IMG/VR virus record: IMGVR_UViG_3300042891_001963
Coordinates: 3,964-67,963 of that record
DNA: 64,000 nucleotides
Origin: a virus
Lineage: Duplodnaviria; Caudoviricetes
Direction: 5' to 3' (one strand)
Part shown: in pieces, positions 49,991-58,129 of the stretch
Layout of the letters: each line of letters starts with the position of its first letter
Numbering within the stretch: position 1 is the stretch's first letter
Program-made: the position numbers and the translations under genes
The notes under the pieces: generated by a model
What the model saw: the letters and a program-made list of their open reading frames with translations, nothing else
What the model was told of the DNA's origin: nothing
Database searches by the model: none

Positions 49991-50386
49991 TTAAGAAACC
50001 TCATTTTGTTTATCTCTTTTTGATATATTATCTACTCCATACTTTTCAATGAGTGTATTCTTCATTTTACTAAGCACTTTTTTATTCTGTATTGGATAGT
50101 CAACTCCAAAGTTTTTTCTTAAAGTTTCTTTTCTTTTTGATTCAGAACATTTTCTACAATAATATTCTCCAAAGTTGTTATCATATTTAACATAGTTTTT
50201 GAATATTACTTCCTTTTCAACACCACATCCATCACATTTACATTTTATCTTATAATGTGATCCTTTTGACATTAGCTCAATTGGTATTTTAATAATCTCT
50301 CCAATTGCTACATCATATCCTAAATCATCATAGTACTGATAATTTGATTCATTAATTTTTATTTCTATCTCTCTTGTAAGGATCAT
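49991..50386 (-). CDS. Zn-ribbon/NUMOD-like homing-endonuclease accessory protein; no nuclease domain
   Basis: CDGC...CRKC, KETLRKNFGVDYP / KNTLIEKYGVDN repeats. Confidence 0.6.
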   Translation of the reverse strand: MILTREIEIKINESNYQYYDDLGYDVAIGEIIKIPIELMSKGSHYKIKCKCDGCGVEKEVIFKNYVKYDNNFGEYYCRKCSESKRKETLRKNFGVDYPIQNKKVLSKMKNTLIEKYGVDNISKRDKQNEVS

Positions 50387-50557
50387 AAAAAACCGCTCAA
50401 TTTCTTTTATTTATTAATTTTTGCCTCTCTCCTCCATGATTTTATACATGTTATAGCCGGTTTGAAACTCCACACCACTGTAAACAATCCACGTTGAAAA
50501 AAAGGCGGTTTCTTACTGATTATATATACTCTATATTTTAAAAAATAATAAACTTAA

Positions 50558-52684
50558 ATGAAACCAGTATTAATTATAGAAAATTCACAAAACTCTCTTA
50601 TTAGAGAGAATAATGGTTCTACTAAGAAGGATTATATTTTAGGTGGTACATTCACAGAGTTCGGTGTTAAAAACCGTAATGAAAGAATTTATACTGCTGA
50701 TAAATTTCTTCCAGCTTTAGATGAATTAAATGAAAGAATGAGCAGTTTAGGCGTTGTTTATGGTGAGTTTGATCACCCAGATGTTTTTGACACATCTCTT
50801 TCAAGAGCATCACACATTATCACAAAAGCTAATTATGTAAAAGAATCAAATTTAGTTAATGGTGAAATTAGATTACTAAATACTTATTGGGGTAAAGAAG
50901 CAAAGGCATTAGTTGATGACGGATGTCCTGTTTTCGTTTCTTCAAGAGCTGCTGGTATCACTGAATCAGATGGTACTGTTTCATTGAAAAAATTATTTAC
51001 ATATGATATCGTTGCTGATCCGGGTTTTGCTTCTGCTAAAATGTCGGTTAAGAATATCAACGAATCATTAGGATATAATGAAAACTCTAACTTTAGGATA
51101 TATGAAATGTCCGATGAGTCCAAAATAAATCAACTATTTGATATGAACAAAAATGAATTTGTAACAAAGCAACAGTTAACTGAGTATTCACAATATTTAG
51201 TTAAAGAATTAGCTTCTACACAGAAAGAAGTTAAAGGTGCTCTTACTAAAGGTAACTTGTCTCCTAAGAAAATGGAGCAACTTTTAGAGTACTATGATGA
51301 GTTAAATTCAACTAATGCTCAAGTCGTTAAGTATTTAGATTATTTGGCTGAAAAAGTTCAAATTATGGTTAATGAAAACAAGTCTTTAAAGGAAACTACT
51401 GACAAACTTATTAAACACAATGACTATTTAGCTGAAAGTTTAGAAAAAGCTGTTAACTACTCTGAATATTTAGCTGAGAATTTAGACAAAAATATTGAGT
51501 ATTCTGAATATTTAGCAGAAAACTTAGATAAAAACATTTCTTATGCTGAGTATATCGCTGAGAACTTAGATAAGAATATTTCTTATTCTGAATATTTAGC
51601 AGAAAACTTAGATAAAAACATTGAGTACTCTGAGTACTTAGCTGAAAATCTTGATAAGAATATTGCTTACTCAGAATACATCGCTGAAAACTTAGATAAA
51701 AACATTGCTTACTCTGAATACATTGCTGAGCATGTTGATAACTCAATTGCTTACTCTGAATATTTAGCTGAACATGTTGAAGGTAACATTGCTTACTCTG
51801 AATACATTGCTGAACATTTAGATGATAATATTGCTTACTCAGAATACATTGCTGAGAATCTTGATAAATCAATTAACTACCAAGGAATGATTGTTGAAAA
51901 ATTAAATTCTGGTAAATTAAACGAATCAATGAATGAAAACGAAGAAGCTTTCCCTTCATTACAAGCCGCAGGTTTTGAAAATATGGAAGAGGAAGAAGAA
52001 TCTTATAGTTCTGAAGAAGAAAATAATCAAGAAGAATACAATGGTATTGCTCCAGCTCACGAAGAAGAAGCATATAATAAAGAAGAAGATGAAGACTGCG
52101 GTCCATCTACAACTGAAGAAGAAAATGAAGAAGAAGCTCATGATTATGAAGTAACTGGTAACAGTGATTCTGAATTATCTGAGTCAATCAACAAATTAAT
52201 AGAAGAAGCTAAAAAACGTAAAGTTTCTGAATCAAGTGACTTGAATTTCTTAAAATTCTTAAACAAGTCACAAGTAGATAGCTACTACGCTTTGTCTGAT
52301 GAAGACCAAGAGGCTGTTAAATTTCACATAAGCGAAAGAAATTACTTCACATCTAAAGATGTGTTAAGCCTAATCGCAGAAGCGCTATCATCTAAGAATG
52401 AATCTCTTGAAGAAAGAGTAATCAGATTAATGCCTGAAAACACTAAGGCTATCTGGAGTCAAATGAATGAATCTGCTAAAAAATCTATCTTATCACAAGC
52501 TAGACTTTACCCAGCTGAAGTTTTAATGACTGAATCACAAGTTGAGCATTTCTGGTTAACTAGAAAGCTTAAAACAAACGAGTCTGTAACTAAAAAGTTA
52601 GTAGCTCATGAAAGTTTAATACAAGAAGATAAACTTTCTGATAATGACGTTACTGCAATTATGGAAAGATTCAAAAACATTTAA
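50558..52684 (+). CDS. gp21: Prohead protease fused to scaffold/core domain
   Basis: KNRNERIY, GEFDHP, VSSRAAG, TYDIVADPGF; long coiled-coil and acidic C-terminal part. Confidence 0.9.
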   Translation: MKPVLIIENSQNSLIRENNGSTKKDYILGGTFTEFGVKNRNERIYTADKFLPALDELNERMSSLGVVYGEFDHPDVFDTSLSRASHIITKANYVKESNLVNGEIRLLNTYWGKEAKALVDDGCPVFVSSRAAGITESDGTVSLKKLFTYDIVADPGFASAKMSVKNINESLGYNENSNFRIYEMSDESKINQLFDMNKNEFVTKQQLTEYSQYLVKELASTQKEVKGALTKGNLSPKKMEQLLEYYDELNSTNAQVVKYLDYLAEKVQIMVNENKSLKETTDKLIKHNDYLAESLEKAVNYSEYLAENLDKNIEYSEYLAENLDKNISYAEYIAENLDKNISYSEYLAENLDKNIEYSEYLAENLDKNIAYSEYIAENLDKNIAYSEYIAEHVDNSIAYSEYLAEHVEGNIAYSEYIAEHLDDNIAYSEYIAENLDKSINYQGMIVEKLNSGKLNESMNENEEAFPSLQAAGFENMEEEEESYSSEEENNQEEYNGIAPAHEEEAYNKEEDEDCGPSTTEEENEEEAHDYEVTGNSDSELSESINKLIEEAKKRKVSESSDLNFLKFLNKSQVDSYYALSDEDQEAVKFHISERNYFTSKDVLSLIAEALSSKNESLEERVIRLMPENTKAIWSQMNESAKKSILSQARLYPAEVLMTESQVEHFWLTRKLKTNESVTKKLVAHESLIQEDKLSDNDVTAIMERFKNI
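51458..51877 (+). repeat. Ten 42-nt coding tandem repeats (YSEY[LI]AE[NH]LDKNI-type)
   Basis: Visible in the translation; synonymous variation between units. Confidence 0.95.
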
Positions 52685-52727
52685 TCTATAAAAAATCCAC
52701 ACTTGAAATTATTGAAATTTCAAAGGC

Positions 52728-52736
52728 TAATATATA
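52728..52736 (+). promoter_or_regulatory. Putative late promoter of major capsid gene
   Basis: TAATATATA. Confidence 0.65.
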
Positions 52737-52765
52737 GATAAACACAAAAAAAAATTAAAAAAATT

Positions 52766-54436
52766 ATGTCACACATTAGAATAGACAAATCAAAAGCGGT
52801 TAAGAAATGGGCTCCAGTTTTGGAAAACATGGGTGTAACTGAGGATAGAGTTGAATGGATGTCAGAAATGGCTGAGTATCACTCAATCAATGAAAATGCG
52901 TATGTAAACGCAGCAAACGTAGCAGGTATGGGATCAGTTGTCGCTGCTCAACCATCATCACTATCTGGTTATTTAGGTGGTGCTACAATCGCTAACGGTC
53001 AAGTTGGATCAGGCGATGTTGGTCAAAACTTATTACCAGTTGCTATGAAAATCGCAGCTCAAACAATCGGTTTAGATTTAGTAGCTGTAAAACCAACTCC
53101 AGGTCCAAAAATTGATTTACTTTATATTGATTTCCAATATGATGATATTGATACAACAACAAACGAAAGACCTCAAGTATTCAAATTAGCTACAACTACC
53201 CAAGATGCTGCTATTTACACTGCATTAGACAATGCTTTACCTGCAGGTGCTACTTTAAACCAAGGTGGTATCCAAGGTGGTAGACTTTGGTCAAAAATCA
53301 ACAGTAACTCTTCACCAATGACATCTACTGAACCACCTGTAAAAACTAACCAAGTTGAGTTCTTAGGTTTCTCTCGTATTGATAATTTACCAATATTCAG
53401 AGCTTATAGACAAAGTAACTCTACTTCTATTGGTTCTTACAACAACTGGTTTGATGCTTCATTAAATACATTTGGACCTACTGTTTCAATGGTTTCTCAA
53501 ATTACAAACGTAGCTGGTCTTACTGTTTCTGGTACTCCTACTATTACTTTAGTATCTGCTTTAGAAGATCATATCCCAGGTTTCTCTGCAAACTGGACAT
53601 CTGCTGCTTCTGGTCAAGCTGCTGGTCAATACCCAATGGGTCGTTTGGCTGATGATCAATCATATGCTGGTGTTATCGGACCAAAAATTTCTTCTAAAAC
53701 TGTTGCAGTTGGTACTATTGAAGTATCTTCAGCTCTTAGAAGAACTGAAATTGAAGATATCAAAGCTAACACAGGTATGGATATCGTTCAAAAAATGGAG
53801 TCTATCCTTGTAAACGAATTATCTCAAACAATTTCTAAACAAATTGTTGCTAAGATTTTTGAAATGGGTGCTCTTAATGCTTCTACCGCTCCTATCAGAA
53901 CAGGTACTGAGACAATCTTTGACTTAAACACTAACTATGCTACTACTGCTGGTAATGTTGGTGGTGAAACTACTCACGCTGTTCAACGTAAGTTAATCAC
54001 TAAGATTGCTCACGCTTCTAACTACATCGCTACTGAAGGTCGTGTAGGTCCTGCTCAATACCTTATCACAAACGGAGGTCTTGCTGCTGCTTTACAAGAT
54101 ATCGCTGGTTACACAATTAACCCAGTTAAATCTAAATTAAACGGACAAGGTCAATTATACCCTGTAGGTTCAATCGGAGACATCTCTATCTATGTAGATC
54201 CATATATGAGATATAACGATAACAGAATCGTGTTAGGTCGTAAGAACAACCCTGACCAACCAGGTATCATTTTCGTACCTTACTTAATGGCTCAGTCTAT
54301 CTCAGTTATCTCTGAAGCTACATTCGCTCCAAGAATGTTGTTACGTTCAAGATACGCTGTAACTGAAGTTGGTTGGTATCCACAAAAACAATATATGACT
54401 ATTACAGTTACTGACGCTGCTCAGTTATTAAACTAA
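52766..54436 (+). CDS. gp23: Major capsid protein
   Basis: KKWAPVLE, INE cleavage-like site, DLVAVKP, IYVDPY, FVPY, TFAPRMLLRSRYA; follows gp21. Confidence 0.92.
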   Translation: MSHIRIDKSKAVKKWAPVLENMGVTEDRVEWMSEMAEYHSINENAYVNAANVAGMGSVVAAQPSSLSGYLGGATIANGQVGSGDVGQNLLPVAMKIAAQTIGLDLVAVKPTPGPKIDLLYIDFQYDDIDTTTNERPQVFKLATTTQDAAIYTALDNALPAGATLNQGGIQGGRLWSKINSNSSPMTSTEPPVKTNQVEFLGFSRIDNLPIFRAYRQSNSTSIGSYNNWFDASLNTFGPTVSMVSQITNVAGLTVSGTPTITLVSALEDHIPGFSANWTSAASGQAAGQYPMGRLADDQSYAGVIGPKISSKTVAVGTIEVSSALRRTEIEDIKANTGMDIVQKMESILVNELSQTISKQIVAKIFEMGALNASTAPIRTGTETIFDLNTNYATTAGNVGGETTHAVQRKLITKIAHASNYIATEGRVGPAQYLITNGGLAAALQDIAGYTINPVKSKLNGQGQLYPVGSIGDISIYVDPYMRYNDNRIVLGRKNNPDQPGIIFVPYLMAQSISVISEATFAPRMLLRSRYAVTEVGWYPQKQYMTITVTDAAQLLN

Positions 54437-54456
54437 TAGTTTTATTGTAAATATTG

Positions 54457-54483
54457 AAAAAAGACCCTTTATGGGTCTTTTTT
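54457..54483 (+). terminator. Intrinsic terminator after MCP
   Basis: aaaaagaccc...gggtcttttt. Confidence 0.8.
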
Positions 54484-54516
54484 CTTTTTAAACAATTTCT
54501 AATTAATATATACAGT

Positions 54517-55221
54517 ATGAAATATTTACTAATTGAAAATAGTGGTGATGATTCTGAAAATCGTGAATACGGAGATATAATTGTTAAATACTTTGATGAT
54601 TTGACTGATGTTTATTCACATATCTGTAATGAACTAATATATGAGGATTTAGACATAGAAGATTTTAAGAATGATCCTTATAGTAATGTTGAAGAAAGAG
54701 TTGAAGAACATGGATCTAGTTATTATATTTTTGAAGATGAGAATGAATTGATATCATTAAAAATAGGTAATATAAAAGATGGTGATTGGGATAAATTCAC
54801 AGATTTTTGTCTAGGTTTTATAAAAGAAAATAAAATAATGAACTATAAATCATTTAACGAATCTAAAAAAGAAAAATTTCCTAACATACAGAAGTTAGAA
54901 ATAGAAGGATTTATTGTTTATGTTGGTAAAGATGCTAAATCTAACGATCATTTGACTTTTAATGTTGCTGACAAAGAAGATATTTGGATGCATGTTAAAG
55001 GTGTTCCTGGTAGTCACGTTGTTATTCGTGTTAGAGAGAATTTACCAACAGAAACTGTTATTAAATCTGCTGCGGAATTGGCTAAAAAGAATAGTAAAGC
55101 ATCAAAAGATGATAAAGCAACTGTTGTTTATTGTCAAAGTAGATTTGTTAAGAAAGAATCAGGTATGAATGATGGTCAGGTTAAAGTGGATTATACAAAT
55201 TCCTATCAAATTGTAGTTTAA
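54517..55221 (+). CDS. Acidic domain fused to NFACT-R (DUF814; RqcH/Rqc2 C-terminal) RNA-binding domain
   Basis: VGKDAKSNDHLTF...DIWMHVKGVPGSHVVI...AAELA; internal MNYKSFNES at 54838. Confidence 0.8.
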   Translation: MKYLLIENSGDDSENREYGDIIVKYFDDLTDVYSHICNELIYEDLDIEDFKNDPYSNVEERVEEHGSSYYIFEDENELISLKIGNIKDGDWDKFTDFCLGFIKENKIMNYKSFNESKKEKFPNIQKLEIEGFIVYVGKDAKSNDHLTFNVADKEDIWMHVKGVPGSHVVIRVRENLPTETVIKSAAELAKKNSKASKDDKATVVYCQSRFVKKESGMNDGQVKVDYTNSYQIVV

Positions 55222-55257
55222 TATTTAATATATAATACATAATAAAATAAATTAAAA

Positions 55258-56631
55258 ATGGCAGATAATAAAGAACCTATAAGAATTAAATTTTCTGAAG
55301 AACTTCATGATTTATTAAAAGTTTTAGAAGATGAGAATAGCTATATAGCATTTGAAATGCTTTGGTTGAACGAGCCTAATTCTAAATATCACAATGGTCT
55401 AGGAATTAGTGATGTTAATATATCTAAAACAAAATCTTGTTTAGATGTTACGTCTACAATTAATGGTGTTGTTGATGGTAAAGTTCACCCTATGAAAATA
55501 GAAAACTTTCTTAAATTTTACTTTAAGAATTACTTTCAAACTTCTGATATTCAAGAATTCATTGAACAGTATAATATATTAGCAGGTGGTGGTTCGGTTG
55601 AAAGTATTGCTGTTAATAGAATTACACCAGAACCTTTTAGTTACAATCCTAAAGATGTTAGAAGTACATTTATTTCATTGGTTACTAAGACATATCCTCA
55701 CGGACATGAAGAAGAAGTAATGGCTTTTATGCCTAAATTAGAAAAAGATATTGTAGGTAACTATTATAAAATCATTGGTGAGAATCCAACAACTATGTTT
55801 ACATCTCACTTAGATACTGCTGATAGAAAACAAGGTACTACTAAACTTCTTTCTAAGAAAGATGAAAATGGTGATGAAATTATTTATACTGATGGTTCTA
55901 CTATATTAGGTGCTGATGATAAGTCAGGTGTTGCTGTTATGCTTTATATGATGGCTCATAATGTACCAGGTCTTTATTACTTCTTTATGGGAGAAGAAAG
56001 AGGTGGTATTGGTTCAGGTTTATTATCTTCGGTTTATGAAAAAGTAGAATATGTTAAGAATATTAAGAGATGTGTTTCTTTTGATAGAAGAGATGTTAAA
56101 TCTGTCATTACTTCACAATTAGGTAGAACTTGTTGTTCTGATGAATTTGGAACTGCTTTGGCTAAACAATATAATGCAAATGGTCTTAATTTATCATTAG
56201 ATCCTACAGGTATATACACAGATTCTGCTTCATTTTTAGAACAAATTGCTGAATGTACTAACATATCAGTTGGTTATTATAATGAACATACTGGTAAAGA
56301 AAGACAAAATATTAACTTTCTGGAAAGACTTGCTAAGGCTAGTGTTCAAGTTAATTGGAATTCATTACCAACAGTTAGAAAAGTAGGAATTGATGAAGAA
56401 ACTATTAGAAAATATGGTAAGTTAATTAATGACTTAAAAGCAACACCATTTGGTATTGATATTAAAATAGCATCTGATAGAGCTACTACTTTTATTCAAT
56501 GTGATTTAGAAGAAGGTTATATTGATGAGACTTATGAAGCTTTAACAACACTACAATTCTTATTGAATAAACACAAAGTAAGTCAAAAAGTATATTTTGA
56601 TGGAGAATACATAAAAATAGATTTATTATAA
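55258..56631 (+). CDS. M28/M20-family metallopeptidase
   Basis: SHLDT, LGADDKSG, GEERGGIG, SFDR, TD, NEH. Confidence 0.8.
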   Translation: MADNKEPIRIKFSEELHDLLKVLEDENSYIAFEMLWLNEPNSKYHNGLGISDVNISKTKSCLDVTSTINGVVDGKVHPMKIENFLKFYFKNYFQTSDIQEFIEQYNILAGGGSVESIAVNRITPEPFSYNPKDVRSTFISLVTKTYPHGHEEEVMAFMPKLEKDIVGNYYKIIGENPTTMFTSHLDTADRKQGTTKLLSKKDENGDEIIYTDGSTILGADDKSGVAVMLYMMAHNVPGLYYFFMGEERGGIGSGLLSSVYEKVEYVKNIKRCVSFDRRDVKSVITSQLGRTCCSDEFGTALAKQYNANGLNLSLDPTGIYTDSASFLEQIAECTNISVGYYNEHTGKERQNINFLERLAKASVQVNWNSLPTVRKVGIDEETIRKYGKLINDLKATPFGIDIKIASDRATTFIQCDLEEGYIDETYEALTTLQFLLNKHKVSQKVYFDGEYIKIDLL

Positions 56632-57083
56632 TGAAACTTAAAAAATTTAACCAACTATTTGAAAGAGAAGGTTTTGATGATATATATGAGCCTTTTGATG
56701 ATGATGATTATAATGATTATCGTTATGATAAAGAATATAAAGGTGAAGATGAGGATGATTCAGATGATGATATGTCACATCTTTGTTATCTTTTAAGATC
56801 TATGTTTAATAATAATAATATTGATGTTAATGTTGAAAATAGTGGATTGGATTTATCTATTACTGCTCAATTTGCCAGAAGAGAATCACTTAGTGATATC
56901 GTTAGAGTATTTGAAGTTATTAAGAAAATTAAAAAAGATATTTTAGCTCAATACTCTTCGTCTTATGAAATGTGGGAAACTAAATCTGGTTCACCTATGA
57001 TTACATTTGAATTTATGTTAGAAGATGATGATGATAAAGATGGTGTAGTTACAGATGATAAGGATGATGATTATCCTTGGTAA
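56631..57083 (+). CDS. Acidic protein with CTS-like N-terminus
   Basis: MKLKKFNQLFE. Confidence 0.7.
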   Translation: MKLKKFNQLFEREGFDDIYEPFDDDDYNDYRYDKEYKGEDEDDSDDDMSHLCYLLRSMFNNNNIDVNVENSGLDLSITAQFARRESLSDIVRVFEVIKKIKKDILAQYSSSYEMWETKSGSPMITFEFMLEDDDDKDGVVTDDKDDDYPW

Positions 57084-57103
57084 TTTTTAAAATTTCTAAA
57101 CTT

Positions 57104-57135
57104 TTTGCTATTTCAGAATATTATATATATATTTG
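57104..57135 (+). promoter_or_regulatory. Bacteroidota-type promoter of tmRNA
   Basis: TTTG-N20-TATATTTG. Confidence 0.7.
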
Positions 57136-57154
57136 TAGAATAATAAACACACTT

Positions 57155-57533
57155 GGGGATGTTTTAGAATTGATTTGCGGAGTGGTGGTGATTATGCGGG
57201 TATCGGGTTGTCGTATGACCGATTAATAAATTAGATGGTAAAGTCGTAAATGGCAAAACAAATGAAGTAGCTAGCAATGAAGATTTAGTATTTGCGCTAC
57301 AAAACAACATGATCTTGGTAGAAGATCTAGCAACTGTCTAACAACAGTTACTATCAAAAAATTCTCCAACTTGTTTCACACAAGAATAAAATAGTGAAAT
57401 GGTTTTTTGTTACTTATTAGAGTTTCTCAAAAAAAGTAAAAAGTTTGTAAGTTTATAAAAATTTACTACGCCTGTGAATGAATAATTATTAACAACCGAA
57501 AAAGACACGTTGGGCAGTACAACGTCATCTCCA
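57155..57533 (+). ncRNA. ssrA: tmRNA (one-piece)
   Basis: Acceptor stem GGGGATG/CATCTCC-A with G3.U pair; T-arm ACGTTG-GGCAGTA-CAACGT; tag ORF 57252-57341. Confidence 0.88.
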
Positions 57534-57539
57534 CAAGAA

Positions 57540-57562
57540 CAAAGACCAGTAATGGTCTTTTG
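57540..57562 (+). terminator. Hairpin after tmRNA
   Basis: caaaagacca-gtaa-tggtcttttg. Confidence 0.65.
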
Positions 57563-57608
57563 TTATTTTAAAGAGGTAAACTTTATTAATTTGATTGATA
57601 TAATAACT

Positions 57609-58127
57609 ATGATTGATAAATTTGAAGGTCGTTATAGATTCTTATCCAATTTCTATCCGTGTAAGATAGAACACCAAGGTATTAAATACCCGTCAGTTGA
57701 GAACTTTTATGTGGCTATGAAAGTAAATGACCAACAATTAATTAATGGTACTTACTATACGCCAGGTGATTTTCGTGAAATGATTGCTAGAATTACCAAT
57801 CCTGCTGAGGTTAAAAAACTTGGTTCTAAAGTTAAATTAAGAACGGGTTGGGATGAAAAGAAATTAGAAGTTATGAATTGGGCTGTACGTCAAAAATTCA
57901 AAGAAGAAACTTTAGCTGAATTATTATTATCTACTGAAGACCAAGAGTTAATTGAAGGTACGTGGTGGCATGATAAATTTTGGGGTATATGTGTTTGTAC
58001 AAAATGTGCTGGTAAAGGTGAGAATCATTTAGGTAAGATTCTTATGGAAGTAAGAGAAGAATTAAAATTATCAAATCAAAAACCTTCAATTCAAGATATA
58101 ATAAAAGACAAAAATAAATTAAATTAA
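57609..58127 (+). CDS. NADAR (YbiA-like) family protein
   Basis: FLSNFY, SVENFY, KKLG, W, QKF, LLST, LIEG, D.FWG, GENHLGKILMEVR. Confidence 0.9.
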   Translation: MIDKFEGRYRFLSNFYPCKIEHQGIKYPSVENFYVAMKVNDQQLINGTYYTPGDFREMIARITNPAEVKKLGSKVKLRTGWDEKKLEVMNWAVRQKFKEETLAELLLSTEDQELIEGTWWHDKFWGICVCTKCAGKGENHLGKILMEVREELKLSNQKPSIQDIIKDKNKLN

Positions 58128-58129
58128 TA

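Noticed and set aside
51458-51877. Regular 42-nt repeats as a CRISPR array
   Set aside because: No unique spacers; the units are in-frame coding repeats with synonymous variation, and no cas genes are present.
57500-57536. Separate tRNA gene
   Set aside because: The T-arm and acceptor half pair with 57155-57161 and belong to the tmRNA tRNA-like domain; no standalone tRNA was recognised.
57510-57608. N-terminal extension of the NADAR ORF
   Set aside because: It overlaps the tmRNA 3' end and its hairpin; the real start is ATG 57609.
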